Shown here piece by piece: positions 13,057 to 22,863 of a stretch of 22,863 nucleotides of DNA (positions are counted from its first letter, which is position 1; each line of letters opens with the position of its first letter). The notes under the pieces were generated by a model, which ran no database searches, was not told where the DNA came from, and saw only the letters and a list, made by a program, of their open reading frames with translations. The position numbers and the translations under genes were made by a program. Source of the stretch: Vitrella brassicaformis CCMP3155 (taxonomy: Eukaryota; Protista; Chromerida); contig CDMY01000766.1 of NCBI GenBank assembly GCA_001179505.1, positions 1 through 22,863 of the forward strand, written 5' to 3'.

Positions 13057-15743
13057 TCAGCCAGCAGCAGTAGCCCTGTCTCTCTCCAGCTTCTGCCGCC
13101 TCTCTTCACACAACGCCAACAGACTGCTCGTCGTTGAGTGTGCCTGCGTGGCCATCAGCGGTGAAGGCACGCCATTGACCCCATCCTCCACCGCCCCAGC
13201 ATGTCCATTCTGCAACACGCCATCGCTCTCCATCTCCCCCAGACCAGCAGCATCAGCCATGACCACCGCGGTGCCTTCCGTGGCAGCTGCCTGCTGATGG
13301 CCTCGTTGGGTCGCCGGCTGCACGGTGTCTTCTTTGGCCGCCGGATCGTTGCTGGCTTCGACTTGTTGATCCTCGTCGTGTTCATCTCGACTGCCCTCCA
13401 CATCCCAATCCACAATGCGGCGGACGGCCTCGCCGTCGGACGACAGCTCGAGGGCTGACGAGCCCTCCAGACACTCGCGGATGAACTGAGTGGACACAAC
13501 ACACGACACACACGTGATGCTAAGGTGTGACTGGATGGGCGTGAGGGAGCTGGGCTTATACGTTTAGGTCCTTTGATGGTAGGAGGGTCTTCATGCGATT
13601 GAAGTTCGCAACGAGCTCGAGCGACACCCCTGATGTGAATGAGCACAACAGACACACAGACATCCTTTGTGTGCTGGTTGTGTGTGGCGGCGGTTGGTGG
13701 GCTGGGCTGGGCTGGGCTGCTTACATCCTTGGTCATTGGCCTGTGACCTGAGGAACGCATCTCGGTACCAGTTGTCATCGCAAAAGTAGTAGTGCACCTG
13801 CCGCCTCACCGCCGCACGAGTGCGGTCCAACTTGCGCTCAACCAACCTGACACACACACACAGGAAGGAATGGACACTGTCGATATGGATGGCGTGGTGG
13901 GATGCGGGAGCTGGTCAACTGACTTGGCGATGTCTTGCCCCGGCATGGCCACAATCTCCCCCACCAGTGGATGATGAACCTTCGTCTCCCCACTACTCGT
14001 CGATGCCTCACCACCACCACCACCAGCAGCCGGTGCTGTCTTGGGCGGCGATGCCATCCTCTTGTCCTTCTCCGCCTTCTCCCTTTCCCTCTGCCTCTTC
14101 TTTTCCCTCGCTGCCCTCTCCCTCTCAGATTCGTCGCTGTCCTCTTCGTCGGCATCGATCACGTCATAGACCACACGACGCTCCTGCTGCTCCTGCTGCT
14201 GCTGCTGCTGCTGTGGTTTGTCGGTCACGCCACCTCCGCCTCCACTGGCACTCCCCGCAGCTGCAGCCAGGCGATTAAGCACGTACAAGGGGAGAGGGGG
14301 AGGGAGGGCGGGGGGAGCAGGGGCAGCCTTTGTTGGCTTGTCGGCAGGCTCCTTGGTCTGCTTCTTGGAGACCTTGACGCCCCCCCTGGGGCTCGTGCGC
14401 GGCCGGGAGGTGTGCACAGCCACCTGGAGTAGCTCATCCTCTGTGTGCTCCACCTGCACAACGCAATAGCACCACACACGTGTGTCGCGCTGCAGATGCG
14501 TGTAGTGTTGCCTGTCCTGTCGTGGCTGCGTGACCTACCTTTCTGTTGTTGTAGTAAGATTGTAGCCTGATGGTTCGTGTGTCAAGGGCGATGCCGACGC
14601 ACCGCGCCAGCTTGAAAGCTGACACCTGCGGGCAGCCCTCCCTCAGCTCCAACACACGGTACTTGATCAGCTCACCAACCTGATGATGATAGCGAGCATC
14701 GACACCATGAGCATCGTACACACACACACATGGACGGCGATCCGTAGCTATGGCATGTGGTGTGTGCGGACCCACCTTCGGCGGCCGATTGATGGGTCTG
14801 AAGTCGAACTTGGCCTCATCGCCATCCGCCAGGTCCTCGTCGAGGGCCTCTCCCTCTCCCTCTTCGTCGCCGTCCCCATCCCCATGTCCGTCTTGATCCT
14901 CCACACCCATCTGCTGGTCCGCAGGCCCGTCAGCGTGTTGCGGCGGTGCTGCCGGCATTGTCTCATCAACCACCGCCTCGGCAGCCACCCCTGCCTCACC
15001 ATGGTCTTCCTTCTTCGTGCGCCGCCTGCGTACTCGCTTGTGCCGCGACTCGCCCACTGCCGCTCCTGTTGCGTCCACCTGCTCGTCGTCCCTCGGCCGC
15101 TTGCCGGCGACTGCATCTGGGGGAGGGAGAGGGACCCGGTCGATGCTCCTCTCTGCCTGGCAGTTGTCATTGTCATGTGTCTGTGGCTCGGTCTTGACGG
15201 GCTGCATGGGCTGGGCGAGTGGAGGAGCGGTGACGACCATCATCTCCTGCTCATCGGTGCGGGCAGAGGCGGCAGCTACAGCAGCGGAGTCCCGCTGCTG
15301 ACCCACCAGATGCACCCTGACACTCACCAAAGCCAGAAGGTCATGCATTGCCGCTGTCTGTGTGCGTTGTGCATGTATGTGCCCACCGGACGACGTCAGT
15401 GTCCCGGAGGATGCCCAGCGGCTGTGACGGCGGCAGCGTGAAGCCATCCAGTGACAGATATGGCACACGAGGAGCAGCCAGGAAGCCGAACTGGCCCTGC
15501 AGGTGAGAGATCAGCTCACTGAGCCAAGAGGACACACAACCAAGTGTAAGCAAGCAGTCCATCCATGCTCGTCATGCAGGGCAGGCCCTCGGTGCGGCCA
15601 TCTGCCTTCCTCCTCCATGTGTGTGTGCTGCCTCACCCGATGTTGGTGATATTGTCAGACACGAGGACGAGCGACCGCCTCAGCGGCTCCTCAGTGGCGT
15701 CAAGTGCCACAGAGGCATCATCCATCTCCACTCTCAGCCTCAT
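13057..15743 (-). CDS. Coilin-like protein (coilin N-terminal domain + coilin Tudor-like domain) with a C-terminal La motif (~689 aa)
   Basis: Exons 15743-15637, 15518-15387, 15316-14776, 14679-14539, 14453-13924, 13846-13725, 13629-13562 and 13485-13057 give 2070 nt, all GT-AG and phase-consistent. MRLRVE...ELISHLQGQFGF...YLSLDGFTLPPSQPLGILRDTDVVRV resembles the coilin N-terminal domain. FDFRPINRPPKVGELIKYRVLELREGCPQVSAFK resembles the coilin Tudor-like domain. VRRQVHYYFCDDNWYRDAFLRSQANDQGWVSLELVANFNRMKTL...ELSSDGEAVRR is a La motif. Confidence 0.8.
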
Positions 15744-15923
15744 TCCTCCTTCTGCTACTGCGAGCTTAGCGGCGAAAGAACGATTGAGAGGCGGGAAATC
15801 ACGAAGATCTGAGGCTCCTGGTAAGAGTTGGGTTACCACCAGGGTGCACGCTTCGCCATGTGAAAAGCGATTCATTCATCTGACGACATCTTTTGAATCC
15901 GCCGGATCTTGCTGCAGGGCAAG
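15744..15923. promoter_or_regulatory. Putative bidirectional promoter between the coilin-like and EamA genes
   Basis: 180 bp lie between the divergent predicted ATGs (15743 minus, 15924 plus). Confidence 0.5.
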
Positions 15924-17594
15924 ATGGTGAGCTGGGAATCGGTGCACCCGGAGGCGTATGGAGCTCCGGCAGGGAAGAGGGCATCCGACGACTCCACCGT
16001 CAATTCGGATGAGACCATCTTCGAAGATGCAAATCCTCCGCAAGACGAAGAGCATCCCATCTGCACCCATCGACTCATCGCCATGGGCCACGAGCACGCC
16101 TACTCTAAGCTCTCGACCGATGCTGCCACCTGGGACGACGATCTGGACCCCAAGACAGTCATCCCATCTGAGATGTCATCACTGGCTGATGAGGTGCCGG
16201 CGAAATCGAAAGGAGGCGAGAATGGCCTGTGGGGCAGGGCTGCGGGTCTTGTCTTCTGTGCCATGGCGGCTGTGCTGAGAGCGGTGTCATCTACGCTGGT
16301 GAAGGTGACTGCCGGCAAGACGAGCGTGTTGTATGTGCTGCTGGCGAGGGGCGTGACGGAGATGGTGTGTGGGATTGTGTGCCTGGCGGTGCAAATGGTG
16401 GTGGAGAGGAGGTGGATATCGCCACTCGGGCCGAAAGAGATCAGGCACCTTCTTGTTGTCAGGTCAGCTGCTCTTCGTGCCAGTCACCAATACATTGGTC
16501 GCTCTGTGCGTTAGGAGTATGTGGTGTGTTTGCTGGCTTGTGCAGGGCTGTGTGCGGGTCCTTGGCCATCGGTTTCTTCTTCTTTTGCATATCACAGCTG
16601 CCCATTGGTGACGCATCAGCGGCATCCTTCACGACCCCCATATTCACCGCTTTGGTGAGCGGACAGGGAGCCAGGGAGCGATGATACACTGATGCACGCC
16701 TCCCGTCGTGTGTGGGGTATATCAGCTTGCCTCGTGTGTCCTGGGTGAGCCGTGGACGACCGTGTGCACTTTGGCGGCTATGTGCTCTCTTGCCGGCGTC
16801 ATCTTCATCGCTCAGCCAGATGTCCTCTTCCACCACGGCAGCATCCAGCCGCATGAAAGCATCGTCGGCTCGGCGACCCCTGTGGTCGCTTCCCGGGTGG
16901 TGGCCGTCCTACTGGCGCTGACTGGTGCACTGGCAGGTACGCTCATGTGAGAGAAGAAGGAAAACCCGGCAAGGCACACATGAGTGCCAAGTCTTTTCCC
17001 TTTTGTGTAGGTGGGACGGCATACACGGCGACCCGGCGGATCGGTCCGCGAGTGTCGGCGGTAGTGCTGGTCCTGTGGATCAGCACCATGATAACACTCG
17101 CCAGCACCGGGCTCATCGCCACACTGGCACCCAACGACAGCATCTCCAGTAGCGGGGATGACGGTTTCTCGTTGTATGGATGGCTTGCTGCCGTTGGTGT
17201 GATTGGGTTTGGGGCCCACTGGTGCCTCAATCGGGGGCTGCAGATCGGCCAGGCCGGGCCGGGAGGTCAGCAAGATGGCAGGAGGGAGACGAGGGATTGT
17301 GTCTGTCATGTCGTGGATGGCATTCTCGTGTGGGTTTGTTGGTGTCATTCAGCTTTTTTGATCAATCTGGATGTGGCCTTCGCCTACATTTTGCAGGCAG
17401 GAAGACACACGCGTGTATCCGGTGTGTGCCGGTGTATTCACTGCTATCTCTGTGTCTGTGTGTGTGTGCAGGTGTGTGTGTTGGGTCGTGCACTTGACCA
17501 ATGGAGTCTCTATGGTGCCCTGCTGATTGTGGCGGCGGCGTCGCTCATGATTGTGCAGAAGATGTATGCACACAAGGAGGGCGGGGAGGGATAG
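15924..17594 (+). CDS. EamA/DMT superfamily transporter (SLC35G-like), multi-exon
   Basis: About ten hydrophobic segments in two EamA repeats. Motifs: LLARG, LLVVRAVCGSLAIGFFFFCISQLPIGDASAASFTTPIFTALLASCVLGE, GVIFIAQP, TAYTATRRIG, CLNRGLQIGQAGP and LDVAFAYILQVCVLG...WSLYGALLIV. Confidence 0.9.
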
Positions 17595-17607
17595 GAGGCC
17601 GTATTTA

Positions 17608-18740
17608 TCATATATGTGTCAGTGCCTTGGAGGCAGGCAGCGACACATATGGAATGGCTGGTCGGGGTGTGCCTTTATCGGCATGTATGTCATTACGTGT
17701 ACGTGTGTGGCCGTCTCTGTGTCTCTGTTTTGGTCGGTTTGAGTGCTTCGCTGAGGTGTAGCTGGTTGGGATGGGTCGATGTGTGGACGATGACCGATAT
17801 GTGGACATGGGTGAATTGACTGACCGGTCCGCCATCGATCCTTTGGCTGTCCGTCGCGTACACACACGAACAGACAGGCTGTCAAGCAAGCCATCGGCAG
17901 AGCTCACCGCCCCCCTCCCACCTCTCGCACACTCCTGCTCGCTCGCAGCACGATTCAACTCGCCCTCCTTCACCGCATCAACACCATCAGCCACCGCCAC
18001 GTGGCACCGCTTGGGAATGGGCGTGTCGGCGCTAGAGGCGCGAACCTTGGGTGCTGGGGGCGAGGGCATCTTGGGAAGGGCTGGGGAGGTCTTTGCAGCG
18101 GCTGGGGGGGTTTTGGCGACCAGACGGGCGGACCCGGGCGTGTTGGGGATGGACGCCTCCGTGTCGGACTCGCGAGCCCTTTTGCCGCCAGCAGTGGTCT
18201 TGACCGTCGTGGGAGGCGTCAGGGGCACCACTGTCACTGCCTCGCCCTGCACCTCCTGCTGCGGCTGGACCTGCTGGACTTGCACCTGCTGTTGCTGTTG
18301 TGTTGCACCACCGCCGGTGTCTCCGTCTCTGTCTCTGTCTTCTCGGGTGCCTCCTCCCTCTGTTGTGTGAGCTCCTCCTTCTTGACGGGCGGCTTTCCCT
18401 TCTCCAACATCTTTGAGCAATACGGGAGCCGCTGGCTCCGATCTCCCCACCCGCCTCGTCCGACTCTGCTGCCTCATCATGTCGCGTCTGTTGCTCTTTG
18501 ACACTCTCTGCTGTCGGCTGGTCTCTAATCGCCAGCACACGGCACCACCAGCTGTAGCGGCAGCGTCCTTGCCTTTGCTCCTCACACCAACGCCACTCTT
18601 GGCCTTGCCCAGCACCCCCAGGCCCTTGTGCTCCCTCTCCCTCTTGGCGTCAACACGCTTCAGCCCCTTCCTCACGCCCACACCGCCCCAGCCACTCCCC
18701 TTCACATAGCTGTCCGTCAGCAACGGGTCCGGCGGCCAAT
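17608..18740 (-). CDS. Low-complexity, basic/Pro/Gln-rich open frame; probably the C-terminal extension of the kinase gene
   Basis: A 371-codon ORF on the same strand as the kinase, directly beyond the N gap, with GC3-rich codons. Its connection to the kinase and its true stop cannot be confirmed. Confidence 0.45.
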
Positions 18741-19040
18741 NNNNNNNNNNNNNNNNNNNNNNNNNNNNNNNNNNNNNNNNNNNNNNNNNNNNNNNNNNNN
18801 NNNNNNNNNNNNNNNNNNNNNNNNNNNNNNNNNNNNNNNNNNNNNNNNNNNNNNNNNNNNNNNNNNNNNNNNNNNNNNNNNNNNNNNNNNNNNNNNNNNN
18901 NNNNNNNNNNNNNNNNNNNNNNNNNNNNNNNNNNNNNNNNNNNNNNNNNNNNNNNNNNNNNNNNNNNNNNNNNNNNNNNNNNNNNNNNNNNNNNNNNNNN
19001 NNNNNNNNNNNNNNNNNNNNNNNNNNNNNNNNNNNNNNNN
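18741..19040. other. Assembly gap (300 N)
   Basis: Run of N directly visible. Confidence 1.
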
Positions 19041-20503
19041 GGCACCATAAGGGGGGCGGGTGGCAGCAGTGGTGGTGGCATCAGTGGTCGGTGTGGCGGT
19101 GGGGGCAGAACAAAGTGTGGGCCTGTCAAGAGGTGAGAGCCCGCGGCAACGTCAGACATCAGGCCGAGTCATTGCAATGGATCTTGGTTGTGTCTCTGCT
19201 TCACTCACTGGCAGCGGCTGGGTGAGGCGCATACATACGAGCAGCGGCAGCAGGGGCAGCAGTCTGTTGGGGACGTACCAGCGGAGCCGATGGTGCCAGC
19301 CACGGGTGCTTGAGGGCCTGCACGACCGAGGGACGCACAACATGGGAGAGACAGATAGAAAGGCATGGCATCAACACACAACATGGGATTGAGATTGTGC
19401 CATTTTTGGTCTTTCGTTTGTCTGCCGACTGGCTGACCTCCTCTGCTGATGCGCCACTGAAAATGGACACAATAAGGCTGAGGAGGTCCCTCGACGGCGG
19501 CTCGGGAAGCTCATTTGCCAGAGCGGCACGCACGCCGGCTTCTGTGCGCTGCATTCGAAAGAATGGCAGGCAAGAAGTAAGGTGAGTGTCTCTCAGACAG
19601 CCGTCTGGCTAATCATTATGTCCTCATACCTGAGTGACGGCGATGTCCTCTGCCTTGTCGGCGTCCACCCCCATCACCCGCAGCAGCGCGACCCCTGCGA
19701 CATGGCAGACAGACACGTGAAGCATCCATTGTGCGTGGTTTAGTGAGCAGACGTACCTGCCCACATCATGTCCTCGGCGGCCCCCTCGCCCGACTGCACA
19801 CACACCAAAGACACCAAAGAAGGACAATGATGAGCCAGGCAGCCATCCAGGCGGCTATCCATCGATCGATGTCGTCGGTGTGTGTCTCACCAGGTCCTCC
19901 TTCATCAGATCTAGGTCTATCAAGACAGTCGAATCGTCGGCCCGTCTCATGAGGTTCTCAGGTTTGACGTCGTGGTGGGCAAGGTGGCGGCGGTGGAGGT
20001 ACGCGAGGGCTCTGAGTAGGTCTCTTGTTATTGTCTTCGCCTCGCCCTCCCCCACGCAGCCACCGAGCTCCCACACCCCCTGACCTGCACACACACATGG
20101 ACACACACACATAGAGACAGAGAGAGACGGATAAACGAGTTGGTCAACAAGTCTTCTTGCCTTCCTCTTCAGTTACCCTCAATGAACTCCATCAATATAC
20201 ACGTCCGACCGGCGCTCGCCACATCAAAACTCTCGAGGAGCCGTACAATGTTGGGGCAGCTGGCCAGGCCCTTCTCCGCGTAGAGGCGGTAGGTCGGCCG
20301 GAAAAGCCTCTGCACACCACAGAGACACGGACATTTGAGTCGTGTGCGTGTGCTGTGGCCTATGTGTTGCTTACCCCGCCTCTCGAGTATTTCTCGCCGA
20401 GGACCTTGGCCGCTTTGCCCCCAGACAGCTTCCATATCTCGGCCTGGGCGCCCCTGGTCAGCTTCCCCTCCACCTCCAACCCATAGATATCATGAAGCAC
20501 CCC
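19041..20503 (-). CDS. Atypical Ser/Thr protein kinase-like domain; start codon unresolved, 3' end runs into the assembly gap
   Basis: Spliced subdomains: KLTRGAQAEIWKL (I), KAAK (II), PNIVRLLESFD...ILMEFIEG (IV-V), LRALAYLHRRHLAHHDVKPENLM (VIb), LIDLD (VII), DMMWAG (IX) and SAEEALKHPWL (XI). Confidence 0.8.
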
Positions 20504-20697
20504 CTAGATCTGTGTGTGGACGTGCTTCTAACCGCTCACACGTCGATTGATGTATCAAGTCACTGCCACTTACATGAAGCGCGCACGCCTACTGGCCATT
20601 CGCATGTAAAGAGTTCGGGGCAGCAAAAACCGCAGCGGTGTTAGTCTCGCGGGATGCAGTGATACAACAACAACGGGCAGGCAGATCATAATGTGCT

Positions 20698-22863
20698 TCA
20701 CTCACGCAGGGCACGCAGCAGTGAGGGGAAGTAACGGGCAACACGAGTCAGTTGGCGATGGATGAATGCTCGTGAAAAATCAAATCGAGTCAACTCATCG
20801 ACACACCGAGACAGACCAAACACAAGAGACTCCTGGCATTCGTGCATTGTAAAATCAATCACACGCAGCAGATGACCATACAACAGATTGGCCTTACGAG
20901 CATCAGACATAGCAGATCGAGCATGGATGTAGCGAATATACGCAAGGGGTGACGACAAAGGAAGGTCGAGTAAGTCACCGTTGGGGTTGTGCTGAGAGAG
21001 AGTCTCTTGCGACTTATCGATATGAATGTCACAACCGACATAGACCCCAGACGCATCCAGTTCCAAGACGCATTGCTCATGATAGAAATCAGTAGCCATC
21101 AACCGCGACACCACATTCGAATACGCATGTGTGTAATGGGAGGGAAAGTAGTCGATGGGTGGCAAGATCAGCAGCCGATCATCCATCCATCGACGAACAA
21201 AACACAGAGAGAAAACGTGCCGCTCATTCGGAGACAGTGAATGGATGAATGTGCGCTCTCTATCCGCAGCAAACAGGTGAGCAAGGCCAGGGCTGATGTG
21301 GCTGCCCTGCGAGAAGCCCTCACGTTGATAGGACAAAACACCGCCGACACGAGTGTAGCTAAAAGCAAGATCATGCTGGACAACACGAACGATATCCTCG
21401 ATTGTGTATGTACGATATGACACGTAGTTGGCTTTGGTGCTGAAAAACGGCTTGAGACGCGTGGTAGTAGCACTACGAATGGAACCAAAGCGAGAAGGAT
21501 AGAGACGAGAGCGAGCACTACGTACGACAGGCCAGGCAGGTTCTCGAGGTATGTTCACAAAACGATAGCGCTTGGTGTCTTTCAGCCAGTTGTACGCAGC
21601 ATACAATGCATTCATCGCCTCCGTACGAGGGCAGCTAGGATAAAAATTACCAATGTCATGCACACACACAGACACAGACGACGACAGCGATCCACACAAT
21701 ACAGCATGGCCATGCAGCAGGCGGTTGTGTGCAGCGAGCGCATGAAAGAGAGAACTGATGCGCATGCAAGAGAAATGGTCAGACATACACTCATTCAACA
21801 TACTCAACGCCCGCCCCACATCCGCATAGATACGAGCAAAACGATGACGAAAGTAAGAATTGAGTGGCCGCCACTTCATCGCATCCCAGGAAGTCAGCTG
21901 TGCACGAAACGACTTAGCCTTCGGCCATACGATAGCCGTGCCCCACGTGTGATGCACACGGGGTTGGGCGATACGTGGGCCGTCCAAAAACTTCGGCAAC
22001 TGACTGAAGTCCTCATTCACCACATCATCATTACATGTAGAGACGCGATAGCATGGGTTACTGACATGCAAGCGCCACACCGCATTCACATACTGCATCG
22101 GGCACATCCACGCCATGTCCCCTTTACTCTTATCGACGGGAGCACATGCAAGCGAACGGAGGATAGCAGAGTGGCGCAACACATCATGCATTGGAACGAA
22201 ACGACCCGACTCGGCTATCTGATTATATGCAGGACGTAATATAGACTCAGCGCATTGATCGATGACACGCACAGGTGGTTCTGGCTGTGATATACGACGA
22301 AACAAACGCAACACGACAGAACGGAATTGACGCTTGATGGCTGAGAAAGTAGGTAGACACGTACTGTTACGATTCCAGTGCAATGGGACGCGCAAGACAT
22401 CGCGCATGAATGGATCACTCAGGCGCACACAGACATGCCCATCGATGCGTGGCCATTGCGTAAAGTGAGGCAGGTGGCATGGACAGACCACTTGTGAGAG
22501 GGTCTGTGACGCCATTCGCTTAGCATTATAGTACAAGGTGGTCAGGGATGGACACGCAGATGGAATGAACGCTGCCTGCACATGGAACAGTGACGATGAC
22601 GCAACACCGGACAGGAGGTGACGTATGGTATGAATCGCGGCCTGGCGGAAACACGACACATCATTCAACATAAGAGGAACATGCAAACGGACAAGTAGCC
22701 GTGGCCGCCATAGTCGAAATTGGTCCCGAACACGAATAGCACGACGAAAGGCAGATTCGAACCATTCCCAATGCACACCGGACAACACACGCAGACCGCA
22801 TACATACAGACGGCACTTGTCAGTGTCAGACAATCCACGAATCGCAGCAAGGGTGGCCTGGCT
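20698..22863 (-). mobile_element. Penelope-like retroelement (PLE) reverse transcriptase ORF, 5' part beyond the window
   Basis: Intronless ORF of more than 720 codons, open to the window edge and visibly less GC-rich than host exons. RT motifs: PVDKSKG, KWRPLNS, HDIGNFYPSCP (motif A), YQREGFSQGSHISPGLAHLF (B'), RRWMDD (C) and YVGCDI (E). The PLE-type thumb reads YIHARSAMSDARKANLLYGHLLRV...ELTRFDFSRAFI. Confidence 0.85.

Noticed and set aside
20600-20700. Hammerhead ribozyme expected near PLE termini
   Set aside because: No CTGANGA...GAAA core was seen on the element strand in this 3' flank; the 5' flank is outside the window.
20699-20704. GTGAGT donor-like site overlapping the RT stop codon that could splice the RT onto the kinase
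   Set aside because: The donor is phase 1, and neither nearby acceptor gives the kinase frame, so no fusion ORF results.
20698-22863. Telomerase reverse transcriptase (TERT) as the identity of the RT ORF
   Set aside because: It is intronless in an intron-dense genome, differs in composition from host genes, shows no recognisable T or CP motifs, and its thumb resembles PLEs.

Overview
Gene-dense, GC-rich eukaryotic genomic DNA with many short (about 45-150 nt) spliceosomal introns rich in CA/TG microsatellites. This style suggests an alveolate such as the chromerid Vitrella (inferred from composition and intron style only). Eight host genes alternate strictly in orientation: (+) AT-hook/PHD/PWWP-like/Tudor chromatin reader; (-) katanin p60-like AAA ATPase KATNAL2; (+) claudin-like four-TM protein with a Pro-rich tail; (-) small orphan; (+) large protein with a C-terminal SAM-like domain; (-) coilin-like protein apparently fused to a La motif; (+) EamA/SLC35G-like transporter; (-) atypical protein kinase interrupted by a 300-N assembly gap. 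An intronless Penelope-like retroelement reverse transcriptase ORF on the minus strand runs off the window end. The most notable observations are the coilin-La motif fusion, complementary CA/TG hairpins inside introns, the claudin-like protein placed head-to-head with KATNAL2, and the retroelement's WMDD active site. All gene models were spliced by hand and all domains recognised by eye; no database searches were run.
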